Assembly: GCA_945903605.1 (NCBI GenBank)
Contig: CAMDOH010000005.1
Location: 1-61,588, forward strand
Direction: 5' to 3'
Source of the DNA: Akkermansia muciniphila
GTDB lineage: Bacteria > Verrucomicrobiota > Verrucomicrobiia > Limisphaerales > UBA1100
Length of the DNA: 61,588 bases
Shown here: piece after piece, positions 17,020 through 26,829 of the stretch
How the letters are laid out: every line of letters starts with the position of its first letter
Position numbering within the stretch: the first letter of the stretch is position 1
The notes under the pieces: generated by a model
Told to the model about the DNA's origin: nothing
Seen by the model: only the letters and a program-made list of their open reading frames with translations
Databases searched by the model: none
Program-made: the position numbers and the translations under genes

Positions 17020-17799
17020 TCATTTCCTGACAAGGCGACTTAATGGTTTGAGATGTTTTCGGATCCATGCGGGACGGTCGGTGATCACTCCATCGACTCC
17101 GGCTGCGACGATGCGTCGTGCGGCGGCAGTTTCATTCACAGTCCAGACAAACACACTGAGTCCGGCGTCGTGTGCGATGCGAATCGATTCGCGTGTGATG
17201 TGGTGGCGATGATCGACAGCAATGCCGTGGAAACGCGACTGGCGTGCGGTGTGTATCCAAGATTGCCAGATGTGGTCGGGTTTGGGTTTGGCACTTTTTC
17301 TGGAGATGGGCGGAATCCAAAGTATGGGGTGAACGGGGAATTGCTCGCGCATGACGGTGAGAGTCGGAATATGTTCGCTGAGAAAAATGATGTGCTCAGG
17401 GTCGGCGGGGCAGTGAGAGTGTAATAATTTCCAAACTTCGGGAAACCCTTCAGCCGGTTTGATCTCGATGAAGATGCGTTTGCCTTTGGGCTGGCCTTTG
17501 AGCACTTCGCGTAGGGTGGGAATGGACTGGCCGCGCCAGCGGGGATGTTTCCACCGGCCAGCATCGAGCCGCTGCAATTCTTCATGAGATTGTGTGCGGA
17601 CGATGCGGTTAACCTTACATGTGCGTCGCGTATCGGCGTCATGAATCACAACGGGGACGCGGTCGAAAGTGATTTGCACATCGATTTCCACTGCGTCGGC
17701 CTGCTGCCAGCCGAGTTGGATGGCAGCGAGAGTGTTCTCGGGTGCATCATGGGATGCGCCGCGATGAGCAATGAGAATCACCGGTGGAGTGTCGGTCAC
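17020..17799 (-). CDS. Glycerophosphodiester phosphodiesterase (259 aa)
   Basis: IAHRGASHDAPENTLAA, VEIDVQITFDRVPVVIHD and a C-terminal VDGVITDRP, all typical of the GDPD family. Confidence 0.85.
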   Translation of the reverse strand: MTDTPPVILIAHRGASHDAPENTLAAIQLGWQQADAVEIDVQITFDRVPVVIHDADTRRTCKVNRIVRTQSHEELQRLDAGRWKHPRWRGQSIPTLREVLKGQPKGKRIFIEIKPAEGFPEVWKLLHSHCPADPEHIIFLSEHIPTLTVMREQFPVHPILWIPPISRKSAKPKPDHIWQSWIHTARQSRFHGIAVDHRHHITRESIRIAHDAGLSVFVWTVNETAAARRIVAAGVDGVITDRPAWIRKHLKPLSRLVRK

Positions 17800-17923
17800 G
17801 AGTTTGAATCAGGCAACAATAGAGAATGTCGAATTGCTGCCGGGCTGGGAAAAACTTTGACCCCCGCGGCAGGAAAGGGTAGTAAAAGGTGTTCAGCAGT
17901 CCAGTGGACTGACAGGAGGTGAG

Positions 17924-18658
17924 ATGGATTTTTGCATAACAATTCTCGCGCAAGCGAACGCACAGGGCAACCAGATGGAACTCAGGTTCCTTTGGGATCA
18001 AGCCACTCTGGAGGGGAAAGCGATCATCATCATACTGGCAATCTTTTCGATTTTCGCCTGGTCGGTGATGGTGGCCAAGTCGCTGCAAATGCGAAATGCC
18101 AAGCGGTTGAACGGGCTGTTCGATTCGGAATTTCGCAACCAGAAAAGTCTCTTGAGCATGTACGAGCGCCGAGTGCGTGTGGAGGGTTGTCCGCTTTTTT
18201 CCGTCTATATGGCCGGGTGTATTGAGCTCGATCAGCGCCTGAAAGGGCCGGACGGGCAGATCAAAAAGGTGGTGTCGATTAAATCCATTGAGCACATCAA
18301 GCGGAGTGTGGAGAACACGGTCGCGCGCGAGGCGCTGCGATTGGAATCGGGTTTGATCATGCTGGCCGTCGCGGTCAGCGGCGCACCCTTTCTGGGTTTG
18401 CTGGGAACTGTTTGGGGTGTGATGAGCGCGTTCAGCTACGTGGCGATGAAGGGGCACGCGGATCTGATGACGATGGCGCCGGGCGTTGCTGCAGCGTTGA
18501 TCACGACGGTTGCCGGACTGCTGGTCGCAATCCCATCGATGTTCGGGTACAATTGGCTCATCCATAATTTGAAGGTGAACACGGTCGAGCTGGACAATTT
18601 TGCCCAAGAATTTGCTTCGCGAATGGAGACAGAATATTTGAAGGACGACGAGAGTTGA
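17924..18658 (+). CDS. tolQ: MotA/TolQ/ExbB proton-channel protein (244 aa)
   Basis: LGLLGTVWGVMSAF and MAPGVAAALITTVAGLLVAIPSMFGYNWL. It is the first gene of a Tol-Pal-ordered cluster. Confidence 0.8.
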   Translation: MDFCITILAQANAQGNQMELRFLWDQATLEGKAIIIILAIFSIFAWSVMVAKSLQMRNAKRLNGLFDSEFRNQKSLLSMYERRVRVEGCPLFSVYMAGCIELDQRLKGPDGQIKKVVSIKSIEHIKRSVENTVAREALRLESGLIMLAVAVSGAPFLGLLGTVWGVMSAFSYVAMKGHADLMTMAPGVAAALITTVAGLLVAIPSMFGYNWLIHNLKVNTVELDNFAQEFASRMETEYLKDDES

Positions 18659-18659
18659 T

Positions 18660-19076
18660 ATGCGACGGGCATCCTCACGCAATCAGTTGGTGACGTTGAG
18701 CGAAATCAACGTCACGCCACTGCTCGATCTGGCGTTCGTGCTCCTGATTATTTTCATGATCACCACGCCCCTGCTGGAGCAGGGATTGGATTTGAGCCTG
18801 CCTAAAGGCGGCCGGCCAGATCAGCCTCTGAAACGCGACGATGTGCGGACGGTCGAGATTGGTCGCGGAGGTTCCTATCTGCTCGATCGCACTCCCCGTT
18901 CGCTCGATCAGGTGGAAGCGGACTTGGTGGCCGCATTCCAAAAAAATCCCAATACCATCGTTTATATTCGCGCGGATGAGGAGGGGATGAACAAACATTT
19001 GTACGCCGTGATTGAGCGTTGCCAACAGCGCGGAATTACACGATTTTCACTGAGAACGACTTTGCCGAGAAAATGA
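18660..19076 (+). CDS. tolR: ExbD/TolR biopolymer transport protein (138 aa)
   Basis: EINVTPLLDLAFVLLIIFMITTPLL TM motif followed by a periplasmic domain. Confidence 0.8.
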   Translation: MRRASSRNQLVTLSEINVTPLLDLAFVLLIIFMITTPLLEQGLDLSLPKGGRPDQPLKRDDVRTVEIGRGGSYLLDRTPRSLDQVEADLVAAFQKNPNTIVYIRADEEGMNKHLYAVIERCQQRGITRFSLRTTLPRK

Positions 19077-20002
19077 GTGCGCTGCAAAAAAAATGCTTGG
19101 TTGCCTCCGCCGGCGCGCATGTTTTGCTCGTGATTCTAGCGGTGTTTGGCACGGCGTTTCTCTCCCACAAACAGTTGGAGATTGTCGTGCCGTTAAACCT
19201 GATCTCCGCCACGGTGGTGGACGCGTTGATTGCAAATCCGGGTGATGGACTGCCGCCCGCACCCGCTCAACGAGTGACCAATCCGTCGACGGTCGTTGAA
19301 CCACCAACAGTCACACAACCGCCGATTCAAGTTGATCCACCCAAGAAAGCGGAGACGCCAGTGAATGTCGTTGATCCGCCGTCACCGAAAAAAACGGTGG
19401 TGGAACCGGCGGTGAAAACAAAACAGGAAAAAACCAAAACGACTGAACCTGTTCCAAACACGAAGACCGCGAAAAAGACCGAGACGAAAACGGAGCCGAC
19501 TCCGCAGAAAATCAAGGTGAACACGGGCAAGATTGTTTCCCGCGACAACTCGGAAGCCAAAGCAAAGTCTGCTGCCGACGCGAAGGCGCACGAGATGAAG
19601 GTGGCGGCTCTCAAAAAAGCAGAAGGGGCGATCAACAATGCAGGAAAAGGTTTTTCGCAATCCGTCAACATCGAGATCAAACCGATTGGCGGATCCGGTG
19701 GAGTTCCGTTTATCGGCTATGGCCAGTTGGTGGTGAAGATTTATCACGACGCATGGTTGTTGCCGCAGGAGACTCCGGAGGACAACAGTGTGGTGCAGGT
19801 GAGCATCACAATTTCGCGAAGTGGGGAAGTGGTTTCAGCGCGAGTCACGAAACAGTCTGGGAATGCGATGTTGGACAGAAGTGTCCGACAGGTTTTGGAT
19901 CGCGTGAAGCGAATCGGCCAACCGTTTCCGGCTGGGAGCAAAGATTTGCAGAAGACATTTGAAATGGATTTCAGCCCCAAGTCGCGGCGACTGACAGGAT
20001 AG
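19073..20002 (+). CDS. TolA/TonB-family energy-transducer protein (309 aa)
   Basis: N-terminal TM segment (ASAGAHVLLVILAVFG), a Pro/Lys/Thr-rich linker, and a C-terminal TonB_C-like region (SGNAMLDRSVRQVLDRV). The ATG overlaps the tolR stop (ATGA). Confidence 0.65.
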   Translation: MSALQKKCLVASAGAHVLLVILAVFGTAFLSHKQLEIVVPLNLISATVVDALIANPGDGLPPAPAQRVTNPSTVVEPPTVTQPPIQVDPPKKAETPVNVVDPPSPKKTVVEPAVKTKQEKTKTTEPVPNTKTAKKTETKTEPTPQKIKVNTGKIVSRDNSEAKAKSAADAKAHEMKVAALKKAEGAINNAGKGFSQSVNIEIKPIGGSGGVPFIGYGQLVVKIYHDAWLLPQETPEDNSVVQVSITISRSGEVVSARVTKQSGNAMLDRSVRQVLDRVKRIGQPFPAGSKDLQKTFEMDFSPKSRRLTG

Positions 20003-20007
20003 TTGAA

Positions 20008-21183
20008 ATGAAAAGCATTATCGCACTGGTATCGTTGGCTGTTTTTTTGAGCGTCATCACTGAAGCGAAGGCGCAGGCCGAGCCATCTCGTTTGCAGGTC
20101 ATCAAAGATTACGATCCAAGCAAGCTCGTGCCGATCGCCATCAACGGATTCACCGGCGAAGTGGGAGCGACACTCAAATTCGATTTGGAAGTGGCGGGCT
20201 TTGAGGTTGTGCCGCAGGAAAAGGCGTGGTTCGCGGTAGCTGGCACGAACGATGGACAGGTGAAGGGCAACCTGCGCGACAAGACCGGGGTGTATTTGTT
20301 CAACAAGGTTTATCAGGGCGGTTCGATTCGGTTGCAGACTCACGCCTTGGCGGACGATGTGGTTTTGACACTCACGGGAAAAGTTGGAGTGGCACAAACG
20401 AAAATCTTATTTCGTGTTGAGAACACTCGATCAGGCGAGATTTATTTGGCCGATTACGATGGGCACGGTTCGGTATCGGTGACTCACGACAAGGTGTTGG
20501 TCGCGGCACCGACTTGGGCGCCGGGGAACAAGAAAATTTATTACACGTCTTATCAAGTCATCAACCGAGTCGAAAACCCGTCAATTCTCAGTCATGACTT
20601 GAGCACTGGAAAACGCGAAGTGTTCGCGCGCCATTTTGGTTTAAATACCAGCGCAGCGGTGAGCGGTGATGGTCGCGTGGCCATGATTTTGAGCAAGGAT
20701 GGCAGCCCGGATGTTTATGTGACGGACGCTTCGGGGAAAAGTCCGTATCGAGTGACGAAGACGCGAGAGGACGAATCATCGCCATGCTGGTCGGCCGATG
20801 GTCAGTGGCTGGCGTTTGTGACGAAAGTAAACGGGCGTCGGTTACTAGTGAAAACAAAAGTGGGCGAGAACACTTTGATTACGATTCCAATCGCGGGGGT
20901 GATCAATCCATCGGAACCCGCGTGGTCGCCTGATGGTCAGTGGATCGCGTTTACGGCGCAGATGGGCGGTTTTTCGATTTGTGTGGTGCCGGCTCAGGGC
21001 GGCGAGGCGAAGGTGTTGACTGAAGGCGAAGATCCTTCTTGGGCACCGAACAGCCGAACGATTATTTTTGTGAAACGCGGAGAGAATAAACGCCATTTAT
21101 CTCTGCTTGACGTGCCGACGGGACGGGTTAAGAATCTGCCGACATTTGCGAGCAGTAGTTCGCAACCGGCTTGGGCGCGTTGA
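20008..21183 (+). CDS. tolB: TolB-like periplasmic beta-propeller protein (391 aa)
   Basis: Signal peptide and repeated WSxDGQWxAF blades (WSADGQWLAF, WSPDGQWIAF). It sits between the TolA-like gene and pal. Confidence 0.8.
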   Translation: MKSIIALVSLAVFLSVITEAKAQAEPSRLQVIKDYDPSKLVPIAINGFTGEVGATLKFDLEVAGFEVVPQEKAWFAVAGTNDGQVKGNLRDKTGVYLFNKVYQGGSIRLQTHALADDVVLTLTGKVGVAQTKILFRVENTRSGEIYLADYDGHGSVSVTHDKVLVAAPTWAPGNKKIYYTSYQVINRVENPSILSHDLSTGKREVFARHFGLNTSAAVSGDGRVAMILSKDGSPDVYVTDASGKSPYRVTKTREDESSPCWSADGQWLAFVTKVNGRRLLVKTKVGENTLITIPIAGVINPSEPAWSPDGQWIAFTAQMGGFSICVVPAQGGEAKVLTEGEDPSWAPNSRTIIFVKRGENKRHLSLLDVPTGRVKNLPTFASSSSQPAWAR

Positions 21184-21230
21184 TTTCAACCGGTCGATCT
21201 GAAACAAGGAGAACAGTGGAGAACAGCAGT

Positions 21231-21866
21231 ATGAAAGATAGTCAAACCTTAGCAAAAATCATTGTGGCCGTCGTTTTGGCGGCAGTCGTGGCAGGCTGCA
21301 CATCGCAGAAACCTGCAAAACTCACCACTATACCGGGAATGAAACCGGCCGTTGGCGGTCCGGGAACGTTGCCGCCAATCGGGCCAGGCGACGGAGGGAC
21401 GCTTCCGCCAGGCGGCACAGTAAATCCCCCGGGAACCGGTGGAACGCCGACCACTTCCAATCCGACGAATCCAGAAGGACCGTTCAGTAATCCGGCATTG
21501 AAAGAAAATCGCACGATGTTTTTTAACGAGATGCTGCAATTCGAATACGACAGCGCTTCCATCCGGCCCGCCGATATGGCGAAAGTTCAAGCCGTCGCCA
21601 AACACCTCATCCAGCAGAAAGAGCATTTGATGGTTGTTGAAGGCCATTGCGATGAGCGAGGCACAGACGAATACAACCGTTCTCTCGGTGAACGCCGCGC
21701 GTTGGCTGTTCGCGAGCAATTGTTGAAATTGGGAGTTGAATCAGCGCGTGTGCGCACCATCAGCTACGGCAAAGAAATTCCGCTGGTCGATGGCAAAACC
21801 GAGGACGCGTTTAAGAAAAACCGCCGAGGCGAATTCGTGTTGCTAGAACCCAACAAGCAACTTTGA
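21231..21866 (+). CDS. pal: Peptidoglycan-associated lipoprotein, OmpA family (211 aa)
   Basis: Lipobox VVAGC, a Pro/Gly-rich linker, and an OmpA_C region (VEGHCDERGTDEYNRSLGERRALAVREQL). Confidence 0.85.
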   Translation: MKDSQTLAKIIVAVVLAAVVAGCTSQKPAKLTTIPGMKPAVGGPGTLPPIGPGDGGTLPPGGTVNPPGTGGTPTTSNPTNPEGPFSNPALKENRTMFFNEMLQFEYDSASIRPADMAKVQAVAKHLIQQKEHLMVVEGHCDERGTDEYNRSLGERRALAVREQLLKLGVESARVRTISYGKEIPLVDGKTEDAFKKNRRGEFVLLEPNKQL

Positions 21867-21942
21867 TTGATTCCAGAACGGCCAGCCGCCGTCGAAATGG
21901 CCGCACTGAACTGAATAAGAACGCAGCAGACAAGCAAATCTC

Positions 21943-22248
21943 ATGAGTACCCCAATCCCACACATGTTGGCTTTTCTCGGCTGGCCCGAGATTATTGCTA
22001 TCATCGTCATCGTCCTGATTTTTTTCGGAGCAAAGAAATTGCCAGAGCTGGCCAGAGGATTGGGGCAGGGGATCAAAGAGTTTAAGAAGGCCACCACTGA
22101 TGTGCAGGATGATTTCCGGCGAGAATTGTACAAGCCTGTTGAGGAACCTCATCATCCGCCCGTAGAGACCACCAAACTTCCCGATGCTTCAAAACCGCAG
22201 GAACCTGCGTCCCAGCAAAGTTCGCCGTCCAGTCAGCCCAAAAGCTGA
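21943..22248 (+). CDS. tatA: Twin-arginine translocase TatA/E-family protein (101 aa)
   Basis: EIIAIIVIVLIFFGAKKLPELARGLGQGIKEFKKA is the canonical TatA TM segment plus amphipathic helix. Confidence 0.85.
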   Translation: MSTPIPHMLAFLGWPEIIAIIVIVLIFFGAKKLPELARGLGQGIKEFKKATTDVQDDFRRELYKPVEEPHHPPVETTKLPDASKPQEPASQQSSPSSQPKS

Positions 22249-22269
22249 CCTACATCGCTCCCAATTGCC

Positions 22270-23658
22270 ATGGCCAGTGATGACGAAGGGATGGGCTTGC
22301 CATCGGGGCCATCCAGTGAGTCCAAGCCAATAGCTCCTGGAGAGAGTCAATTGCCGTTGTCATTTGACTCGCAAAAAATCGAGTCAGACCCAAAGCAAGA
22401 TTCCCCCACGCCAGCAGAACCGGTCGCGGAACATTCGCAGCCTGAGTCAGAGAGTTCAGTTCAAGATCCGGTTGACTATCACTCGCATCATTCCGATCCG
22501 TATCATTCATATGATGAACATCATCATTCCGGGTATGATTCGGGACAGACGGGCATCGATCCCGGCATTGCTCAAAGTCATCATTCAACATTAGTCCCAG
22601 TTAGCGGAGAATCTGGTAGTGGCGGTAGTCCGCCGGATTCAGGTAGTAGCGGAAGCAGTGACGACGAAGAGGGCGGCCCCATCAAAGGGTTTCTCGAACA
22701 TTTGGAGGATCTGCGTTGGACGGTCGTTTGGAGCGTGTCCACGATTCTTCTTTGCATGCTTGCGTGCATGGTTGGCGGAAATTTTCTCGTCAAGGTACTC
22801 ACGCATCCGATTCGGCAGGCGATGATTGACAGCCCTAATCGGAGCATTGCCACGCTGCAATTCGGCAGCAACATCCTCGTCAAAGCGCCGATCAAAGATA
22901 TTGCGCTCATTCATCCCGCGCTCACCAACATTCAATCGACTTTCACAAATAAGACCGCGACCAACATCATCCTGCACATCATTCCCGTAAAGAATCCGGG
23001 CACCAACGATCTGTACACCTTGCAATTGCGGGCCGAAATCACCGAGCGCGATCCTGTTCCAGCTTCTGTTGGGTTGATTCTGAAAAACTACAGCCCCATC
23101 GAGGGATTCATGGTCGCACTGAAACTCGCCCTTTTTGGCGGATTGATTATCGCCTCGCCCATCGTGATCTATTTCATCGGCAAATTTGTATTCCCAGCAC
23201 TCAAAGTCCGGGAGAAAAAATTTGTCAGGCAAGCCATTTTCATTGGTGGCGGCCTGTTTCTCACAGGTGTCGCGTTCTGTTATTTTCTGTTGATGCCCGT
23301 CGCCATCAAAATGACCGTTCAGTTCTCCACTTGGCTTGGCTTCGGTGCCGACGAATGGCGCGCCGCCGATTACCTCTCCTTCATCATGCTGTTCATGCTC
23401 GGCATCGGGCTGAGTTTCGAGTTGCCCGTTGTGTTGCTCACCCTCGTCAAGATCGGTCTTTTGGATCATCACAAACTCGCTCGATTCCGATCCTACTGGT
23501 TTATCATCAGCCTCGTCATAGGCGCCGTCATCACTCCCAGCGCCGATCCGTTCACGATGATGTTTGTCGCTGCGCCCCTCGTCGTCCTTTACGAGATCAG
23601 TCATTGGATTGCCTGGTACTGGGAATGGCGCGACCTGAAACGCGCCAAGAATAATTAG
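22270..23658 (+). CDS. tatC: Twin-arginine translocase TatC with an N-terminal extension and enlarged first loop (462 aa)
   Basis: The TatC core starts near FLEHLEDLRW, at about aa 140, and has six TM segments ending around ISHWIAWYW. The preceding ~135 aa are acidic, Ser-rich and His-rich. Confidence 0.85.
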   Translation: MASDDEGMGLPSGPSSESKPIAPGESQLPLSFDSQKIESDPKQDSPTPAEPVAEHSQPESESSVQDPVDYHSHHSDPYHSYDEHHHSGYDSGQTGIDPGIAQSHHSTLVPVSGESGSGGSPPDSGSSGSSDDEEGGPIKGFLEHLEDLRWTVVWSVSTILLCMLACMVGGNFLVKVLTHPIRQAMIDSPNRSIATLQFGSNILVKAPIKDIALIHPALTNIQSTFTNKTATNIILHIIPVKNPGTNDLYTLQLRAEITERDPVPASVGLILKNYSPIEGFMVALKLALFGGLIIASPIVIYFIGKFVFPALKVREKKFVRQAIFIGGGLFLTGVAFCYFLLMPVAIKMTVQFSTWLGFGADEWRAADYLSFIMLFMLGIGLSFELPVVLLTLVKIGLLDHHKLARFRSYWFIISLVIGAVITPSADPFTMMFVAAPLVVLYEISHWIAWYWEWRDLKRAKNN

Positions 23659-23691
23659 CGCGACTCGCGGACGCAAAACCGGAGGTCTTGC

Positions 23692-24564
23692 ATGACTGTC
23701 ACCCTAAATTCCGGATGCAAGATCAACCTCCTGCTGAATATTCTCGGCAAACGTCCAGACGGTTTTCACGAGCTGGAAACAGTGATTCAGCCCATCGCAC
23801 TCCACGACGAAATCTCATTTCGAAAATCATCCGCTGGGATTTCACTTCGTTGTGATAATCCTGCTCTGCCTCTGGACGGCACCAATCTGATCCATCGCGC
23901 CGCAACCGACTTCCTAAAGTCGGCCAACCTACAGAGCGGTGTCGAGATCCAGCTCATCAAAAAAATTCCGATTGCCGCCGGGCTTGGTGGCGGGAGCGGA
24001 AATGCGGCGACGACGCTGCTGGGTTTGAACGAACTCTTTGACCATCCATTGGCGCTTTCACAGTTGCACAAATTGGCTGCTGTTATTGGGTCGGATGTCC
24101 CCTTCTTTCTGCAATCACAGCCGGCACTCGCTTCCGGACGCGGTGAAACTGTCCAGCCGCTGGCGCTTTTTCCTGCGCTTCATGGAGTGTGGGCCTTGCT
24201 CATTCATCCGGGATTCGGCATTTCTACAGTCTGGGCATATCAATCATTGGTGCGGTTTCCTGAAGCCATCAATAGCCGCGTCCATCGCGCACACGAATTG
24301 ATCGGCCTGTTGCAGAATGGAAATCTGACAGAGGCTGGCGCGTCGTTTTACAACACGCTGGAAATACCCGTGCTGGAAAAATATCCCATCCTCAAACTCT
24401 TTCAGGAATTCCTGCGGGAGCACGGCGCGAAGGTGACTCTGATGTCAGGAAGCGGCTCAACGACGTTCGCGCTCATGCCAAGCGAAGACGAAGCGAACGA
24501 ATTGCGGAATCGTTTCAACGCTCAATTCGGCTCGCAGAATTGGACAGCGCTGGTGCCGATCTGA
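23692..24564 (+). CDS. ispE: 4-diphosphocytidyl-2-C-methyl-D-erythritol kinase (290 aa)
   Basis: KINLLLNILGKRPDGFHELETV and the GHMP kinase motif PIAAGLGGGSGNAATTL. Confidence 0.9.
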   Translation: MTVTLNSGCKINLLLNILGKRPDGFHELETVIQPIALHDEISFRKSSAGISLRCDNPALPLDGTNLIHRAATDFLKSANLQSGVEIQLIKKIPIAAGLGGGSGNAATTLLGLNELFDHPLALSQLHKLAAVIGSDVPFFLQSQPALASGRGETVQPLALFPALHGVWALLIHPGFGISTVWAYQSLVRFPEAINSRVHRAHELIGLLQNGNLTEAGASFYNTLEIPVLEKYPILKLFQEFLREHGAKVTLMSGSGSTTFALMPSEDEANELRNRFNAQFGSQNWTALVPI

Positions 24565-24619
24565 ACACAGCCGGGTTAAAAGTCTGTTCAAACCGGGTCA
24601 CTTCCTGCTTACTTTCTCC

Positions 24620-25099
24620 ATGGATTCGCTGCTGAAATTGTTGCACGAAAATGCCTCGCTGAAGCCTTCGCAGCTTGCCGCGATGCTCAATCGCACCGAG
24701 CCTGAGGTGTGTGATCTCATCAAAAAATGTGAAGCCGACGGCACGATTCTTGGCTACCACGCCATTCTCAACGAAGAAAAGTTGGGTGTGGATTTGGTGC
24801 GTGCAGCGATCGAAGTGAAAATCACTCCCGAACGGGAAGGCGGTTTCAATCGGTTGGCCGAGCGCATCGCCAAATATGGCGAGGTGCGATCGTGCTACCT
24901 GATGAGCGGCGGATACGATCTGCTCGTGATTGTCGAAGGCGCCAATCTGCGCGAAGTCGCCACCTTTGTTTCCGAGAAGCTCGCGACTCTTCAAGGCGTA
25001 CTTTCCACAGCGACGCATTTCATCCTCAAGCCTTACAAAGAACAGGGTGTGCTCATCACAAAGGAAAGCGCGGACGAGCGCTTGTCCGTCGCTCCCTAA
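24620..25099 (+). CDS. Lrp/AsnC-family transcriptional regulator (159 aa)
   Basis: N-terminal HTH (LKPSQLAAMLNRTEPEVCDLIKKCEADGTILGY) and a C-terminal AsnC-type ligand domain. Confidence 0.85.
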   Translation: MDSLLKLLHENASLKPSQLAAMLNRTEPEVCDLIKKCEADGTILGYHAILNEEKLGVDLVRAAIEVKITPEREGGFNRLAERIAKYGEVRSCYLMSGGYDLLVIVEGANLREVATFVSEKLATLQGVLSTATHFILKPYKEQGVLITKESADERLSVAP

Positions 25100-25116
25100 T
25101 TGTTTGCACGTGGCGC

Positions 25117-25626
25117 ATGAAACGCGATTCGTTACTGAAGTGGGCAATCCCAATGTTTCTGATCGCGCTCGTTGGATATGTCATTCTCTACAATTTTGAT
25201 CAGCGATTGCGCGATAGAAACGGCCCGTGGGAAACCAGTTTTTTGACCAACTCGATGGGCGAGTGCGTGCTCGAAATCCGCCAGCCGTCACTCGGATTCA
25301 ATTCAGCGAGCCTGATTTTTGCAGGCGAAACTTCACCCACCAATTTCACGCCGTCCATTCTCCGATTTGCCGAGTCGCAACCCGTTCCTGCGCCATTGCC
25401 ATTCGGCCAATGGATTTATCATGACCTGATGTATTTGCCCGGTGTGGTGACGATGGACTTATTTCCAGACCTTCGCGATGGAAAGCCAGTGCGTCACGAA
25501 GTGGAGCTGCTACCGCGCGTGTTGCTGGTCAATCGCAAGGAACATCGCTGGACAAACGGGCTGGTCATCCGGCTGTCAGCCGCCGACAAATTCATCAAGG
25601 CCGAACCGAAGCGCAAACGTCGTTAA
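25117..25626 (+). CDS. Hypothetical membrane-anchored protein (169 aa)
   Basis: ATG at 25117 and one N-terminal TM segment (WAIPMFLIALVGYVILY). I recognise no motif. The longer track ORF (24892) overlaps the Lrp gene. Confidence 0.45.
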   Translation: MKRDSLLKWAIPMFLIALVGYVILYNFDQRLRDRNGPWETSFLTNSMGECVLEIRQPSLGFNSASLIFAGETSPTNFTPSILRFAESQPVPAPLPFGQWIYHDLMYLPGVVTMDLFPDLRDGKPVRHEVELLPRVLLVNRKEHRWTNGLVIRLSAADKFIKAEPKRKRR

Positions 25627-26807
25627 TCGCGTTTATCGGGCAACCCAATCGCCTCGGCTGCGAGTGTTCCGATTGTTTTTCGCAGCGCAACCACACTGCC
25701 CGATTCATCCGGATGATTTCTATTCGAGAGAAAGATCACGAACGACTTTGATGAGGGATCGATCCAGATGGATGTGCCCGTCCAGCCCGTATGCCCGAAT
25801 GAGCCAATCGGGAAATGCTCGCCGCGCGGGCCACTGTAACCCGTATCGATGTCCCAGCCCAAACCCCGTTTGGCTGTGAGAGGTTCTGGAGATTGATTGG
25901 ATGTCATCAATCTCACCGTTTTTGTTTCGAGGACGCGTTGACCATTGAGCGAACCTCCTTCGAGCAGCATCCGTGCAAATCGCGCCGTGTCCGATGCCGT
26001 GGCAAACAAGCCGGCGTGACCCGCAACTCCGCCCATGCGCCGCGCAGTGGGATCGTGGACGATTCCGCGAATGATGTTCGTTGCCGTCGCCGTGGTGGGC
26101 GCGATTCGCGCGATTAAATCGGCTGACGGTCGAAAACATGTGGATCTCATTTCGAGTGGCTGAAACAATTCGCGCGTCACAAATTCGTCCAATGGCAGAC
26201 CGCTGACTCGCCGGACGATTTCTCCGAGTAGGATGAAATTGATATCGCTATAGACAAATTTCGTTCCTTCCTGAGCAGCGGGCATTTCTCGGCAGGCGAG
26301 TTGAACCGCCGCCGTTGTGCCAATCCAAGGTGTGGCCAGACTCAATCCCGGTCGTAAACCCGAAGTGTGAGTGAGCAGGTGCCTCACGGTGATTTGGTGG
26401 CGGCCTTCACCCGAAAATTCGGCGATGTAATGTCGGACAGGGGCGTCCAATTCAATTTTGTCGCGCTCGATCAGCAGTGCGATGGCCGGTGCCGTGGCGA
26501 GGGCTTTGGTGAGTGAGGCCATATCAAAGACAGTGTCCAAGGTCATCGGCTCGGTTGTTGGGAGGATACTACGGTGGCCGTAAACTTTTTTGTGCGTGAC
26601 GCCGTTGCGTTCGATCCAAAGTACTCCACCGGGAAGTTTCTTATCGGCGATGGCTTTCAAAATCGCGTCATCCAGCGCGGCCAGCTTGGCTTGGTTGAAT
26701 GGGAGGGTGGAAGGGCGGATGACTTTGGGAGTGGGAGCAGTGCATCCATTGAAGAAAAAAAGCGCCAGCGCGATGAGGCTTATCCATGCACTCGGTTGCG
26801 TTTTCAT
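25623..26807 (-). CDS. Exported serine hydrolase, beta-lactamase/PBP4*-like family (394 aa)
   Basis: Signal/lipoprotein-like N-terminus (FFFNGC), an SxxK motif (ASLTKAL), YSDINF, and GHTGWTGT in place of KTG. Confidence 0.8.
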   Translation of the reverse strand: MKTQPSAWISLIALALFFFNGCTAPTPKVIRPSTLPFNQAKLAALDDAILKAIADKKLPGGVLWIERNGVTHKKVYGHRSILPTTEPMTLDTVFDMASLTKALATAPAIALLIERDKIELDAPVRHYIAEFSGEGRHQITVRHLLTHTSGLRPGLSLATPWIGTTAAVQLACREMPAAQEGTKFVYSDINFILLGEIVRRVSGLPLDEFVTRELFQPLEMRSTCFRPSADLIARIAPTTATATNIIRGIVHDPTARRMGGVAGHAGLFATASDTARFARMLLEGGSLNGQRVLETKTVRLMTSNQSPEPLTAKRGLGWDIDTGYSGPRGEHFPIGSFGHTGWTGTSIWIDPSSKSFVIFLSNRNHPDESGSVVALRKTIGTLAAEAIGLPDKRD

Positions 26808-26829
26808 CCCGCATCAGTATGGTTGGCTC

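Noticed and set aside
17747-18682. 311-aa minus-strand ORF
   Set aside because: It is antisense to tolQ, and the product is His/Arg/Gln-rich with no motif.
19300-19560. Low-complexity DNA in the TolA-like linker (Pro/Lys/Thr-rich). Similar segments occur in Pal (21340-21480) and the coiled-coil tail (11190-11225).
   Set aside because: These are ordinary proline-rich periplasmic spacer segments of envelope proteins. They are not independent repeat elements.
17924-21866. MotA/ExbB-like plus ExbD-like pair as a possible Zorya-type or other motor-driven defence system
   Set aside because: The pair is followed in canonical order by a TolA/TonB-like protein, a TolB propeller and a Pal lipoprotein. 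This is an ordinary Tol-Pal envelope system.
22639-23676. 345-aa minus-strand ORF
   Set aside because: It is antisense to tatC, and the product is Asp/Glu/Gly-rich shadow sequence.
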